From: Escherichia coli
Lineage (GTDB): Bacteria > Pseudomonadota > Gammaproteobacteria > Enterobacterales > Enterobacteriaceae
Reading direction: 5' to 3' (one strand)
Length of the DNA stretch: 64,000 bases
NCBI RefSeq assembly: GCF_003334305.1
Contig: NZ_QOWS01000020.1
Made by a program: the position numbers and the translations under genes. Positions 1-10,999 of this stretch are shown here, in pieces (within the stretch, counting starts at the first letter, position 1; each line of letters opens with the position of its first letter). A model generated the notes under the pieces. The model worked only from the letters and a program-made list of their open reading frames with translations. It did no database searches and was not told the origin of the DNA.

Positions 1-248
1 ATACCTTTGCGTTCGGTATCGCGGATGTGACTCGCCTGAATCTCTTCTCCCGCAAAAATAATTTCGCCTTCGTAGGAGCCATGGGGATAAATACCACACA
101 GCACTTTCATCAGTGTTGATTTACCAGACCCATTTTCCCCACAAAGTGAGACGATTTCGCCAGCATTCAACCGCAAGCAGACGTTATCAATCGCCTTCAC
201 ACTGCCGAAGGTTTTGGTAATATTCTTCATTTCAAGTAGATAAGGCAT
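1..248 (-). CDS. xylG: xylose ABC transporter ATP-binding protein, N-terminal part (gene continues beyond window start)
   Basis: Reverse-strand translation from ATG at 246-248 reads [23 protein letters not shown]..., matching the XylG N-terminus; sits directly downstream of xylF as in the xylFGH operon. Confidence 0.85.
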   Translation of the reverse strand, partial: MPYLLEMKNITKTFGSVKAIDNVCLRLNAGEIVSLCGENGSGKSTLMKVLCGIYPHGSYEGEIIFAGEEIQASHIRDTERKG

Positions 249-325
249 AACGACTCCACCTAAGCCAATTCATTCACGCGGCATGGAGAGAAATCACGCC
301 CCCGCTCCGCGCCGGGGCGTAACGC

Positions 326-1318
326 TTACAGCTCGCTCTCTTTGTGGAATCCGTCTTTAACTACCGTGTCTTTGATGTTGTTTTTATTCACATCGATCGG
401 TGTCAGGAGGCGGGAGGGCACATCTTTCAGGCCATTATTCAGTGTGGTATCTGCTTTTGGTTCCTGACCATTGCCCAACTCAACGGCAATTTCTGCGGCA
501 GTATTTGCCAACAACGTAATAGGTTTATACACCGTCATAGTTTGCGTACCGGCAGCAATACGTTTAATACCTGCGAGATCCGCATCCTGGCCGGAAATTG
601 CTACTTTCCCTGATAAACCTTGCGCGCTTAATGCCTGAATTGCCCCACCTGCGGTGGCATCGTTTGAGGCAACTACAGCATCAATTTTGTTATTATTGGC
701 GGTTAGCGCGTTTTCCATAATTTTCAATGCGTTTTCCGGTAACCAGCCATCAACCCATTGGTCACCAACGACTTTAATTTTTCCGGAATCAACGTAAGGT
801 TTTAACACTTTCATTTGTCCGGCGCGGAACAGCTTGGCGTTGTTATCTACCGGCGAGCCGCCCATCAGGAAGTAATTACCTTGCGGAACAATATCGACCA
901 GGGCTTTTGCCTGCAGTTCACCGACTTTTTCGTTATCGAAAGAAATATAAAAATCGATATCCGCATCGTTAATCATACGATCGTAAGCTAATACTTTAAT
1001 ACCTTCTTGTTTGGCTTCTTTTACAACGTTACTTAATACCTGACCGTTATACGGAATAATGACAAGAACATCGACACCCCGGTTTATCATGTTTTCAATC
1101 TGCGACATTTGTGTTTCTTCATTGCCATTTGCAGACTGTACAAATACTTTCGCGCCGAGAGATTCTGCCTTTTTCACAAAAATATCTCGATCTTTTTGCC
1201 AGCGTTCAAGACGGAGATCATCAATCGCCATACCTATTTTGACTTCTTTGGCGTGTGCCGCAACGTTGGTAAGCAGAAGTGAGGTGCAAAGGGTGAGTAG
1301 AATGTTCTTTATTTTCAT
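326..1318 (-). CDS. xylF: D-xylose ABC transporter periplasmic binding protein (330 aa)
   Basis: Track ORF 326..1396 trimmed to internal start MKIKNILLTL... with signal peptide; sequence matches XylF; divergent from xylA. Confidence 0.93.
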   Translation of the reverse strand: MKIKNILLTLCTSLLLTNVAAHAKEVKIGMAIDDLRLERWQKDRDIFVKKAESLGAKVFVQSANGNEETQMSQIENMINRGVDVLVIIPYNGQVLSNVVKEAKQEGIKVLAYDRMINDADIDFYISFDNEKVGELQAKALVDIVPQGNYFLMGGSPVDNNAKLFRAGQMKVLKPYVDSGKIKVVGDQWVDGWLPENALKIMENALTANNNKIDAVVASNDATAGGAIQALSAQGLSGKVAISGQDADLAGIKRIAAGTQTMTVYKPITLLANTAAEIAVELGNGQEPKADTTLNNGLKDVPSRLLTPIDVNKNNIKDTVVKDGFHKESEL

Positions 1319-1683
1319 GGTGTAGGGCCTTCTGTAGTTAGAGGACAGCTTTAATAAGTAACAATCACCGCGATAAACGTAACCAATTTTTAGCAACTAA
1401 ACAGGGGAAAACAATTACAGATTTTTATCTTTCGATTACGATTTTTGGTTTATTTCTTGATTTATGACCGAGATCTTACTTTTGTTGCGCAATTGTACTT
1501 ATTGCATTTTTCTCTTCGAGGAATTACCCAGTTTCATCATTCCATTTTATTTTGCGAGCGAGCGCACACTTGTGAATTATCTCAATAGCAGTGTGAAATA
1601 ACATAATTGAGCAACTGAAAGGGAGTGCCCAATATTACGACATCATCCATCACCCGCGGCATTACCTGATTATGGAGTTCAAT
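1319..1683. promoter_or_regulatory. divergent xylF / xylA promoter region (XylR- and CRP-controlled in E. coli)
   Basis: 365 bp AT-rich spacer between divergently oriented xylF and xylA; individual XylR/CRP sites not resolved by eye. Confidence 0.6.
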
Positions 1684-3006
1684 ATGCAAGCCTATTTTGA
1701 CCAGCTCGATCGCGTTCGTTATGAAGGCTCAAAATCCTCAAACCCGTTAGCATTCCGTCACTACAATCCCGACGAACTGGTGTTGGGCAAGCGTATGGAA
1801 GAGCACTTGCGTTTTGCCGCCTGCTACTGGCACACATTCTGCTGGAACGGGGCGGACATGTTTGGTGTGGGGGCGTTTAATCGTCCGTGGCAGCAGCCTG
1901 GTGAGGCACTGGCGTTGGCGAAGCGTAAAGCAGATGTCGCATTTGAGTTTTTCCACAAGTTACATGTGCCATTTTATTGCTTCCACGATGTGGATGTTTC
2001 CCCTGAGGGCGCGTCGTTAAAAGAGTACATCAATAATTTTGCGCAAATGGTTGATGTCCTGGCAGGCAAGCAAGAAGAGAGCGGCGTGAAGCTGCTGTGG
2101 GGAACCGCTAACTGCTTTACAAACCCTCGCTATGGCGCGGGTGCGGCGACGAACCCAGATCCTGAAGTCTTCAGTTGGGCGGCAACGCAAGTTGTTACAG
2201 CGATGGAAGCAACCCATAAATTGGGCGGTGAAAACTATGTCCTGTGGGGCGGTCGTGAAGGTTACGAAACGCTGTTAAATACCGACTTGCGTCAGGAGCG
2301 TGAACAGCTGGGCCGCTTTATGCAGATGGTGGTTGAGCATAAACATAAAATCGGTTTCCAGGGCACGTTGCTTATCGAACCGAAACCGCAAGAACCGACC
2401 AAACATCAATATGATTACGATGCCGCGACGGTCTATGGCTTCCTGAAACAGTTTGGTCTGGAAAAAGAGATTAAACTGAACATTGAAGCTAACCACGCGA
2501 CGCTGGCAGGTCACTCTTTCCATCATGAAATTGCCACCGCCATTGCGCTTGGCCTGTTCGGTTCTGTCGACGCCAACCGTGGCGATGCGCAACTGGGCTG
2601 GGACACCGACCAGTTCCCGAACAGTGTGGAAGAGAATGCGCTGGTGATGTATGAAATTCTCAAAGCAGGCGGTTTCACCACCGGTGGTCTGAACTTCGAT
2701 GCCAAAGTACGTCGTCAAAGTACTGATAAATATGATCTGTTTTACGGTCATATCGGCGCGATGGATACGATGGCACTGGCGCTGAAAATTGCAGCGCGCA
2801 TGATTGAAGATGGCGAGCTGGATAAACGCATCGCGCAGCGTTATTCCGGCTGGAATAGCGAATTGGGCCAGCAAATCCTGAAAGGCCAAATGTCACTGGC
2901 AGATTTAGCCAAATATGCTCAGGAACATAATTTGTCTCCGGTGCATCAGAGTGGTCGCCAGGAGCAACTGGAAAATCTGGTAAATCATTATCTGTTCGAC
3001 AAATAA
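1684..3006 (+). CDS. xylA: xylose isomerase (440 aa)
   Basis: Track ORF trimmed to [17 protein letters not shown]...; full-length match to XylA as recalled. Confidence 0.95.
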
Positions 3007-3077
3007 CGGCTAACTGTGCAGTCCGTTGGCCCGGTTATCGGTAGCGATACCGGGCATTTTTTTAAGGAACGATCGAT

Positions 3078-4532
3078 ATGTATATCGGGATAGATCTTGG
3101 CACCTCGGGCGTAAAAGTTATTTTGCTCAACGAGCAGGGTGAGGTGGTTGCTTCGCAAACGGAAAAGCTGACCGTTTCGCGCCCGCATCCACTCTGGTCG
3201 GAACAAGACCCGGAACAGTGGTGGCAGGCAACTGATCGCGCAATGAAAGCTCTGGGCGATCAGCATTCTCTGCAGGACGTTAAAGCATTGGGTATTGCCG
3301 GCCAGATGCATGGAGCAACCTTACTGGATGCTCAACAACGGGTATTGCGCCCTGCCATTTTGTGGAACGACGGGCGCTGTGCGCAAGAGTGCACTTTGCT
3401 GGAAGCGAGAGTTCCGCAATCACGAGTGATTACCGGCAACCTGATGATGCCCGGATTTACTGCGCCTAAATTGCTATGGGTTCAGCGGCATGAGCCGGAG
3501 ATATTCCGTCAAATCGACAAAGTATTATTACCGAAAGATTACTTGCGTCTGCGTATGACGGGGGAGTTTGCCAGCGATATGTCTGACGCAGCTGGCACCA
3601 TGTGGCTGGATGTCGCAAAGCGTGACTGGAGTGACGTCATGCTGCAGGCTTGCGACTTATCTCGTGACCAGATGCCCGCATTATATGAAGGCAGCGAAAT
3701 TACTGGTGCTTTGTTACCTGAAGTTGCGAAAGCGTGGGGTATGGCGACGGTGCCAGTTGTCGCAGGCGGTGGCGACAATGCAGCTGGTGCAGTTGGTGTG
3801 GGAATGGTTGATGCTAATCAGGCAATGTTATCGCTGGGGACGTCGGGGGTCTATTTTGCTGTCAGCGAAGGGTTCTTAAGCAAGCCAGAAAGCGCTGTAC
3901 ACAGCTTTTGCCATGCGCTACCGCAGCGTTGGCATTTAATGTCTGTAATGCTGAGTGCAGCATCGTGTCTGGATTGGGTCGCGAAATTAACCGGCCTGTG
4001 CAATGTCCCAGCTTTAATCGCTGCAGCTCAACAGGCTGATGAAAGTGCCGAGCCAGTTTGGTTTCTGCCTTATCTTTCCGGCGAGCGTACACCACACAAT
4101 AATCCCCAGGCGAAGGGGGTTTTCTTTGGTTTGACTCATCAACATGGCCCCAATGAACTGGCGCGAGCAGTGCTGGAAGGCGTGGGTTATGCGCTGGCAG
4201 ATGGCATGGATGTCGTGCATGCCTGCGGCATTAAACCGCAAAGTGTTACGTTGATTGGTGGCGGGGCGCGTAGTGAGTACTGGCGTCAGATGCTGGCGGA
4301 TATCAGCGGTCAGCAGCTCGATTACCGTACGGGGGGGGATGTGGGGCCAGCACTGGGCGCAGCAAGGCTGGCGCAGATTGCGGCGAATCCAGAGAAATCG
4401 CTCATTGAGTTGTTGCCGCAGCTACCGTTAGAACAGTCGCATCTACCAGATGCGCAGCGTTATGCCGCTTATCAGCCACGACGTGAAACGTTCCGTCGCC
4501 TCTATCAGCAACTTCTGCCATTAATGGCGTAA
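3078..4532 (+). CDS. xylB: xylulokinase (484 aa)
   Basis: MYIGIDLGTSGVKVILL... FGGY-family sugar kinase immediately downstream of xylA. Confidence 0.95.
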   Translation: MYIGIDLGTSGVKVILLNEQGEVVASQTEKLTVSRPHPLWSEQDPEQWWQATDRAMKALGDQHSLQDVKALGIAGQMHGATLLDAQQRVLRPAILWNDGRCAQECTLLEARVPQSRVITGNLMMPGFTAPKLLWVQRHEPEIFRQIDKVLLPKDYLRLRMTGEFASDMSDAAGTMWLDVAKRDWSDVMLQACDLSRDQMPALYEGSEITGALLPEVAKAWGMATVPVVAGGGDNAAGAVGVGMVDANQAMLSLGTSGVYFAVSEGFLSKPESAVHSFCHALPQRWHLMSVMLSAASCLDWVAKLTGLCNVPALIAAAQQADESAEPVWFLPYLSGERTPHNNPQAKGVFFGLTHQHGPNELARAVLEGVGYALADGMDVVHACGIKPQSVTLIGGGARSEYWRQMLADISGQQLDYRTGGDVGPALGAARLAQIAANPEKSLIELLPQLPLEQSHLPDAQRYAAYQPRRETFRRLYQQLLPLMA

Positions 4533-4700
4533 ACGTTATCCCCTGCCTGACCGGGTGGGGGATAATTCACATCTATATATCTCACTAATTAATTAATATT
4601 TAGTATGAATTTATTCTGAAAATCATTTGTTAATGGCATTTTTCAGTTTTGTCTTTCGTTGGTTACTCGTAATGTATCGCTGGTAGATATGGAGATCGTT

Positions 4701-5042
4701 ATGAAAACCTCAAAAACTGTGGCAAAACTATTATTTGTTGTCGGGGCGCTGGTTTATCTGGTTGGGCTATGGATCTCATGCCCATTGCTAAGTGGAAAAG
4801 GCTATTTTCTTGGCGTGTTAATGACAGCAACTTTTGGTAACTATGCATATCTTCGCGCAGAAAAACTCGGGCAACTGGATAATTTTTTTACCCATATCTG
4901 CCAGTTAGTTGCGTTAATCACTATCGGTCTCTTGTTTATCGGTGTTTTAAATGCACCTATCAATGCTTATGAAATGGTGATCTACCCCATCGCCTTTTTT
5001 GTCTGCTTGTTTGGTCAAATGCGTTTGTTTCGCTCGGTATGA
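4701..5042 (+). CDS. yiaB: inner membrane protein YiaB (113 aa)
   Basis: ATG at 4701 preceded by GGAGA; hydrophobic small membrane protein; position and length match yiaB next to xylB. Confidence 0.8.
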   Translation: MKTSKTVAKLLFVVGALVYLVGLWISCPLLSGKGYFLGVLMTATFGNYAYLRAEKLGQLDNFFTHICQLVALITIGLLFIGVLNAPINAYEMVIYPIAFFVCLFGQMRLFRSV

Positions 5043-5087
5043 GCAACATAAAGCTCTTACACATTCAGGAATGAAAGGAATACTGTG

Positions 5088-5525
5088 ATGGACAACAAAA
5101 TATCAACCTATTCACCGGCCTTTAGTATTGTGTCATGGATAGCTCTCGTTGGTGGTATCGTTACCTATCTGTTAGGGCTATGGAATGCAGAGATGCAGTT
5201 AAATGAAAAAGGGTATTATTTTGCCGTACTGGTGTTAGGACTGTTTTCTGCTGCGTCTTATCAAAAGACCGTTCGGGACAAGTATGAAGGCATACCGACC
5301 ACTTCCATTTATTATATGACCTGCCTGACTGTCTTTATTATCTCTGTTGCATTACTGATGGTAGGTCTGTGGAATGCGACATTATTACTCAGTGAAAAAG
5401 GTTTTTATGGACTGGCTTTCTTCTTAAGCTTGTTTGGTGCAGTAGCGGTGCAGAAGAATATTCGTGATACCGGAATAAACCCGCCAAAAGAAACACAGGT
5501 TACCCAGGAAGAATACAGCGAATAA
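5088..5525 (+). CDS. yiaA: inner membrane protein YiaA (145 aa)
   Basis: Paralogue of the preceding ORF (shared GLWNA / SEKGFY motifs); synteny with yiaB. Confidence 0.8.
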   Translation: MDNKISTYSPAFSIVSWIALVGGIVTYLLGLWNAEMQLNEKGYYFAVLVLGLFSAASYQKTVRDKYEGIPTTSIYYMTCLTVFIISVALLMVGLWNATLLLSEKGFYGLAFFLSLFGAVAVQKNIRDTGINPPKETQVTQEEYSE

Positions 5526-5532
5526 TTCACGT

Positions 5533-5565
5533 AAGCCCGGTCAGTCCAATGTGAACGGGCTTTTA
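5533..5565 (+). terminator. putative rho-independent terminator after yiaA
   Basis: GC hairpin AAGCCCG...CGGGCTT followed by TTTT, between convergent yiaA and wecH. Confidence 0.5.
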
Positions 5566-5566
5566 C

Positions 5567-6562
5567 TTAACTCACTAATCTGTTTCTGTCGATTCGTTGT
5601 ACCAGCATAGAAAGTAACAAACTCGCTGCCAACGTCGCGCAAAAGATCCAAATAATATCCAGTATTGGCCAATTTTTAAGCTCAATTCCCCGGGTGCGCA
5701 GCGCATGGATAATCAAGGCGTGGAATCCGTATATACCCAATGAATGGCGGGAGATTAAGCCAAGTCCGCGAATGGTACGCGTATCCAGCGTGTTTTTAAC
5801 CAGAGTCAATAGCGCGATTGCGCAGATAAAAACCATCGGCCCACAGTAAAGATACCAGGTATCGGCAAAATTTCCGCGCCACTGCAATTCATATAATGTC
5901 CCGCGAGAGATAATAAAAACCCCCGTCGCAAACAGCGCGGCGCTCACCCACGACAGTGCTTTATGCTGTGTGTCCATCATCCCTATAGCGCGGCCCAACA
6001 TGCCATACAGAATGTAGTAAAAAGTATCGCCATTGATATATAAGTTAATTGGCAGCCATTCAAAACCGTCAATTTTCTGCGGCACTGTGTTTGGGTTAGC
6101 GATAATGCCAATCACCACCATTAGCACCAGCAACATTTTTCCGCCGACGTTCTTCACCTGAATCAGCGGTGAAACCAGATAAATCACCGCAATCGCGAAG
6201 AAAAACCACAAGTGGTAAAACACTGGCTTTTGCAGCAGGTTTTTCAGCGCTAACTCCATATTGATGGAGGTAAACAGCGCAATGTAGAGCAGTGCGATTG
6301 CGCTATAAAAAATCAGACATAAGCCGATACGCAAGAAATGGCGCGGCTGGGCGCTGCGTTCGCCAAAAAAGAGATAGCCGGAAATCATGAAAAATAGCGG
6401 CACGCTGACACGAGAGGCAGAATTCAGAACATTGGCGATATCCCAGGTGACGGGGCTAACACTATGAGCATTGGTCACATACCAGGTAGTGGTGTGAATC
6501 ATCACCACCATTAAACACGCTATCCCTCGCAGGTTATCAATCCAGTAAATTTTGGGCTGCAT
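5567..6562 (-). CDS. wecH: O-acetyltransferase WecH (331 aa, acyltransferase-3 family membrane protein)
   Basis: [25 protein letters not shown]... polytopic membrane acyltransferase; synteny (yiaH). Confidence 0.88.
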   Translation of the reverse strand: MQPKIYWIDNLRGIACLMVVMIHTTTWYVTNAHSVSPVTWDIANVLNSASRVSVPLFFMISGYLFFGERSAQPRHFLRIGLCLIFYSAIALLYIALFTSINMELALKNLLQKPVFYHLWFFFAIAVIYLVSPLIQVKNVGGKMLLVLMVVIGIIANPNTVPQKIDGFEWLPINLYINGDTFYYILYGMLGRAIGMMDTQHKALSWVSAALFATGVFIISRGTLYELQWRGNFADTWYLYCGPMVFICAIALLTLVKNTLDTRTIRGLGLISRHSLGIYGFHALIIHALRTRGIELKNWPILDIIWIFCATLAASLLLSMLVQRIDRNRLVS

Positions 6563-6736
6563 CTGTGTCTCTGTATCTGGTTAAAAAAAGTCTGACCGAT
6601 AAATCATTCAGTTGGCGCACTGGAATAATCTGAGTTTTATCACTACAGCTTATAGAGGCTTAAGGAAATTCGTAAGATATCAGCCACTATACCGATATAA
6701 ATAATAAGACTCACCTGCAAACCAGACGGTAATTTA

Positions 6737-7036
6737 ATGATGATGAACGCTTTCTTTCCGGCAATGGCGCTTATGGTGCTAGTGGGTTGTTCTACACCGT
6801 CACCCGTGCAGAAAGCACAACGGGTAAAGGTTGATCCTCTGCGTTCGTTGAATATGGAAGCGTTATGCAAGGATCAGGCGGCAAAACGTTATAACACCGG
6901 CGAGCAAAAAATCGACGTCACCGCCTTCGAACAGTTCCAGGGAAGCTATGAAATGCGCGGTTATACCTTCCGTAAAGAGCAGTTTGTCTGTTCTTTTGAC
7001 GCGGATGGCCATTTTTTGCATCTTTCCATGCGTTAA
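6737..7036 (+). CDS. ysaB: lipoprotein YsaB (99 aa)
   Basis: Signal peptide with lipobox LVGC; position upstream of glyQ. Confidence 0.8.
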   Translation: MMMNAFFPAMALMVLVGCSTPSPVQKAQRVKVDPLRSLNMEALCKDQAAKRYNTGEQKIDVTAFEQFQGSYEMRGYTFRKEQFVCSFDADGHFLHLSMR

Positions 7037-7130
7037 GCCCTGCTTTTTCCCGTTTCGTACTGTATATCTTCCATCCAGCGGGTATACTGATCCCTTCCTT
7101 TAAATCCACACGTATCCAGCACGAAATAAT

Positions 7131-8042
7131 ATGCAAAAGTTTGATACCAGGACCTTCCAGGGCTTGATCCTGACCTTACAGGATTACTGGGCTCGCCAGG
7201 GCTGCACCATTGTTCAACCATTGGACATGGAAGTCGGCGCGGGAACCTCTCACCCAATGACCTGTCTGCGCGCGCTGGGGCCAGAACCGATGGCGGCTGC
7301 TTATGTTCAGCCTTCTCGTCGCCCGACCGATGGTCGCTACGGCGAAAACCCCAACCGTTTACAGCACTACTATCAGTTTCAGGTGGTCATTAAGCCATCG
7401 CCGGACAATATTCAGGAGCTGTACCTCGGTTCTCTGAAAGAGCTGGGCATGGACCCGACTATTCACGACATCCGTTTCGTGGAAGATAACTGGGAAAACC
7501 CGACTCTGGGTGCCTGGGGACTGGGCTGGGAAGTGTGGCTAAACGGCATGGAAGTGACGCAGTTCACTTACTTCCAGCAGGTTGGTGGTCTGGAGTGTAA
7601 ACCGGTTACCGGCGAGATCACCTACGGTCTGGAACGTCTGGCCATGTACATTCAGGGCGTAGACAGCGTTTACGACCTGGTCTGGAGCGACGGCCCGCTG
7701 GGTAAAACCACCTACGGCGACGTGTTCCATCAGAACGAAGTGGAGCAGTCCACTTACAACTTCGAATACGCGGATGTGGACTTCCTGTTCACCTGCTTTG
7801 AGCAGTACGAGAAAGAAGCGCGGCAGCTGCTGGCGCTGGAAAATCCGCTGCCGCTGCCAGCCTACGAGCGTATTCTGAAAGCCGCCCACAGCTTCAACCT
7901 GCTGGATGCGCGTAAAGCCATCTCCGTCACCGAGCGTCAGCGCTACATTCTGCGCATTCGCACCCTGACCAAAGCAGTGGCAGAAGCATACTACGCTTCC
8001 CGTGAAGCCCTCGGCTTCCCGATGTGCAACAAAGATAAGTAA
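7131..8042 (+). CDS. glyQ: glycine--tRNA ligase alpha subunit (303 aa)
   Basis: [25 protein letters not shown]...; highly conserved GlyQ. Confidence 0.97.
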   Translation: MQKFDTRTFQGLILTLQDYWARQGCTIVQPLDMEVGAGTSHPMTCLRALGPEPMAAAYVQPSRRPTDGRYGENPNRLQHYYQFQVVIKPSPDNIQELYLGSLKELGMDPTIHDIRFVEDNWENPTLGAWGLGWEVWLNGMEVTQFTYFQQVGGLECKPVTGEITYGLERLAMYIQGVDSVYDLVWSDGPLGKTTYGDVFHQNEVEQSTYNFEYADVDFLFTCFEQYEKEARQLLALENPLPLPAYERILKAAHSFNLLDARKAISVTERQRYILRIRTLTKAVAEAYYASREALGFPMCNKDK

Positions 8043-8051
8043 GAGGCGGCT

Positions 8052-10121
8052 ATGTCTGAGAAAACTTTTCTGGTGGAAATCGGCACTGAAGAGCTGCCAC
8101 CAAAAGCACTGCGCAGCCTGGCTGAGTCCTTTGCTGCGAATTTTACTGCGGAGCTGGATAACGCTGGCCTCGCACACGGCACCGTTCAATGGTTTGCTGC
8201 TCCGCGTCGTCTGGCGCTGAAAGTAGCTAACCTGGCGGAAGCGCAACCGGATCGTGAAATCGAAAAACGCGGCCCGGCGATTGCCCAGGCGTTCGACGCT
8301 GAAGGCAAACCGAGCAAAGCGGCAGAAGGTTGGGCGCGTGGTTGCGGTATTACCGTTGACCAGGCTGAGCGTCTGACTACCGATAAAGGCGAATGGCTGC
8401 TGTATCGCGCCCATGTGAAGGGCGAAAGCACCGAAGCACTGCTGCCGAATATGGTTGCGACTTCTCTGGCGAAACTGCCGATCCCGAAACTGATGCGTTG
8501 GGGCGCAAGCGACGTGCACTTCGTGCGTCCGGTGCACACCGTGACCCTGCTGCTGGGCGACAAAGTCATTCCGGCAACCATTCTGGGCATTCAGTCCGAT
8601 CGCGTGATTCGCGGCCACCGCTTTATGGGCGAACCGGAATTCACCATCGACAACGCCGATCAGTATCCGGAAATTCTGCGTGAGCGCGGGAAAGTCATCG
8701 CCGATTACGAAGAACGTAAAGCGAAGATTAAAGCCGATGCCGAAGAAGCAGCGCGTAAGATTGGCGGTAACGCTGACTTAAGCGAAAGCCTGCTGGAAGA
8801 AGTGGCTTCGCTGGTGGAGTGGCCGGTCGTTCTGACCGCAAAATTCGAAGAGAAATTCCTCGCGGTGCCGGCTGAAGCGCTGGTTTACACCATGAAAGGT
8901 GACCAGAAATACTTCCCGGTGTATGCGAACGACGGCAAACTGCTGCCGAACTTTATCTTCGTTGCCAACATCGAATCGAAAGATCCGCAGCAGATTATCT
9001 CCGGTAACGAGAAAGTCGTTCGTCCGCGTCTGGCGGATGCCGAGTTCTTCTTCAACACCGACCGTAAAAAACGTCTGGAAGATAACCTGCCGCGCCTGCA
9101 AACCGTGCTGTTCCAGCAACAGCTGGGTACGCTGCGTGACAAAACTGACCGCATCCAGGCGCTGGCTGGCTGGATTGCTGAACAGATTGGCGCTGACGTT
9201 AACCACGCAACCCGTGCGGGCCTGCTGTCTAAGTGTGACCTGATGACCAACATGGTCTTCGAGTTCACCGACACCCAGGGCGTTATGGGGATGCACTATG
9301 CGCGTCACGATGGCGAAGCGGAAGATGTCGCGGTGGCGCTGAATGAGCAGTATCAGCCGCGCTTTGCCGGTGATGACCTGCCGTCTAACCCGGTAGCCTG
9401 TGCGCTGGCGATTGCTGACAAGATGGATACTCTGGCGGGTATCTTCGGTATCGGCCAGCATCCGAAAGGCGACAAAGACCCGTTTGCGCTGCGTCGTGCC
9501 GCACTTGGCGTGCTGCGAATTATCGTTGAGAAGAACCTCAACCTTGATCTGCAAACGCTGACCGAAGAAGCGGTGCGTCTGTATGGCGATAAGCTGACTA
9601 ATGCCAACGTAGTTGATGATGTTATCGACTTTATGCTCGGTCGCTTCCGCGCCTGGTATCAGGACGAAGGTTATACCGTTGACACCATCCAGGCGGTACT
9701 GGCGCGTCGTCCGACTCGTCCGGCTGATTTCGATGCCCGTATGAAAGCGGTATCGCATTTCCGTACCCTGGATGCAGCTGCTGCACTGGCGGCGGCGAAC
9801 AAACGTGTATCTAACATTCTGGCGAAATCTGACGAAGTGCTGAGCGACCGCGTGAATGCCTCTACCCTGAAAGAGCCGGAAGAAATTAAACTGGCGATGC
9901 AGGTTGTGGTGCTACGTGACAAGCTGGAGCCGTACTTTGCGGAAGGTCGTTACCAGGATGCGCTGGTCGAACTGGCAGAGCTGCGTGAGCCGGTTGATGC
10001 TTTCTTCGATAAAGTGATGGTCATGGTTGATGACAAAGAATTGCGTCTCAACCGTCTGACCATGCTGGAGAAACTGCGCGAACTGTTCCTGCGCGTTGCG
10101 GATATTTCGCTGTTGCAGTAA
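8052..10121 (+). CDS. glyS: glycine--tRNA ligase beta subunit (689 aa)
   Basis: [20 protein letters not shown]...; 10 bp downstream of glyQ (glyQS operon). Confidence 0.97.
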   Translation: MSEKTFLVEIGTEELPPKALRSLAESFAANFTAELDNAGLAHGTVQWFAAPRRLALKVANLAEAQPDREIEKRGPAIAQAFDAEGKPSKAAEGWARGCGITVDQAERLTTDKGEWLLYRAHVKGESTEALLPNMVATSLAKLPIPKLMRWGASDVHFVRPVHTVTLLLGDKVIPATILGIQSDRVIRGHRFMGEPEFTIDNADQYPEILRERGKVIADYEERKAKIKADAEEAARKIGGNADLSESLLEEVASLVEWPVVLTAKFEEKFLAVPAEALVYTMKGDQKYFPVYANDGKLLPNFIFVANIESKDPQQIISGNEKVVRPRLADAEFFFNTDRKKRLEDNLPRLQTVLFQQQLGTLRDKTDRIQALAGWIAEQIGADVNHATRAGLLSKCDLMTNMVFEFTDTQGVMGMHYARHDGEAEDVAVALNEQYQPRFAGDDLPSNPVACALAIADKMDTLAGIFGIGQHPKGDKDPFALRRAALGVLRIIVEKNLNLDLQTLTEEAVRLYGDKLTNANVVDDVIDFMLGRFRAWYQDEGYTVDTIQAVLARRPTRPADFDARMKAVSHFRTLDAAAALAAANKRVSNILAKSDEVLSDRVNASTLKEPEEIKLAMQVVVLRDKLEPYFAEGRYQDALVELAELREPVDAFFDKVMVMVDDKELRLNRLTMLEKLRELFLRVADISLLQ

Positions 10122-10134
10122 TAACGCCGTTATT

Positions 10135-10166
10135 AAAAAGCCTGCCATCTGGCAGGCTTTTTTTAT
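10135..10166 (+). terminator. rho-independent terminator of glyQS
   Basis: AGCCTGCCATCTGGCAGGCT hairpin followed by TTTTTTT. Confidence 0.8.
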
Positions 10167-10352
10167 TATCGCTAAATAATACAGCAACCTTTAATAATCT
10201 TCTGCTGAATAAAGATTATCTCATATATTAATTTTATGAGGTTTTTTTAGGATTATATCAAGGAGAAGAAACAAACTTATTAAGCTAGAATAGCCACGGG
10301 TGCTTGAGACTGTTTGTCTCAGGTATTCACCGAAAGGCAGACAGAGAAAAGC

Positions 10353-10415
10353 CCCACCTGACTATAAATCAAAGTGAGGCTACCCTATGCCTGAACACCA
10401 TAAGGTTAGCCTCTT
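10353..10415 (-). ncRNA. sokA: candidate SokA antisense RNA (type I antitoxin), approximate bounds
   Basis: On the minus strand a 7-bp hairpin (GCCUCAC/GGUGGGGC) followed by UUUUCUCU lies just upstream of and overlapping the mok start, the position expected for Sok; the ends are inferred, not mapped. Confidence 0.35.
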
Positions 10416-10683
10416 ACTCGTTGGAAATCAACACAGGGGGCTGGGAATGCCGCAGAAATATAGATTACTTTCTTTAATAGTGATTTGTTTCACGCTTTTA
10501 TTTTTCACCTGGATGATAAGAGATTCACTGTGTGAATTGCATATTAAACAGGGGAGTTATGAGCTGGCGGCATTTTTAGCCTGCAATTTAAAAGAGTTAG
10601 AGTCTTCGGCGGGAAGTTATTCCCGCCTTTCTTACGGCGTTGCGCATTCTCATTGCACCCAAATTTATTTTTCACAAAAATAA
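10387..10683 (+). CDS. mokA: mokA-like reading frame (in-frame N-terminal extension of hok)
   Basis: ORF MPEHHKVSLLLVGNQHRGLG-MPQKYR... begins 20 codons upstream of and in frame with hok, as in chromosomal mok/hok pairs. Confidence 0.5.
   Translation: MPEHHKVSLLLVGNQHRGLGMPQKYRLLSLIVICFTLLFFTWMIRDSLCELHIKQGSYELAAFLACNLKELESSAGSYSRLSYGVAHSHCTQIYFSQK
10447..10683 (+). CDS. hokA: Hok-family type I toxin (HokA-like); frame runs 78 codons here against ~50 for canonical Hok
   Basis: MPQKYRLLSLIVICFTLLFFTWMIRDSLCELHIKQGSYELAAFLACNLKE... is a Hok family sequence; the codon after ...LKE is TTA rather than a stop and the frame continues to 10683. Confidence 0.7.
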   Translation: MPQKYRLLSLIVICFTLLFFTWMIRDSLCELHIKQGSYELAAFLACNLKELESSAGSYSRLSYGVAHSHCTQIYFSQK

Positions 10684-10724
10684 TACTAGATTTTATTACG
10701 CGATCGATTATTTATTTCCTGAAA

Positions 10725-10762
10725 AACAAATAAAAAAATCCCCGCCAAATGGCAGGGATCTT
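10725..10762 (-). terminator. rho-independent terminator of cspA
   Basis: Minus-strand hairpin ATCCCTGCCATTTGGCGGGAT followed by TTTTTTT downstream of the cspA stop. Confidence 0.8.
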
Positions 10763-10786
10763 AGATTCTGTGCTTTTAAGCAGAGA

Positions 10787-10999
10787 TTACAGGCTGGTTA
10801 CGTTACCAGCTGCCGGGCCTTTAGCGCCGCTTTCGATGGTGAAGGACACTTTCTGACCTTCGTCCAGAGATTTGTAACCATCGTTCTGGATAGCAGAGAA
10901 GTGTACGAACACGTCTTTAGAGCCATCGTCAGGAGTGATGAAGCCGAAGCCTTTGTCAGCGTTGAACCATTTTACGATACCAGTCATTTTACCGGACAT
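10787..10999 (-). CDS. cspA: major cold shock protein CspA (70 aa)
   Basis: [70 protein letters not shown]. Confidence 0.98.

Noticed and set aside
326-1396. Longer N-terminal extensions of track ORFs (xylF 356 aa, xylA, tag 266 aa, kdgK 425 aa, yhjX, eptB, yhjV, bcsA, bcsB, bcsZ, yhjC, yhjG, pdeH, ghrB, yiaF)
   Set aside because: The extensions run through upstream intergenic or neighbouring-gene sequence; internal start codons reproduce the remembered protein N-termini and lengths, so the shorter forms are reported.
2275-2889. 204-aa ORF on the minus strand
   Set aside because: Antisense to xylA.
4533-4700. Hairpin TATCCCCTGCCTGACCGGGTGGGGGATA after xylB as a terminator
   Set aside because: No T-run follows the stem; it is not annotated as an intrinsic terminator and may be a REP-like or RNase-protective structure.
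7539-8618. 359-aa ORF on the minus strand
   Set aside because: Lies entirely antisense to the conserved glyQ/glyS coding sequence; Arg/Gln/Ala-rich low-complexity translation typical of a chance antisense frame.
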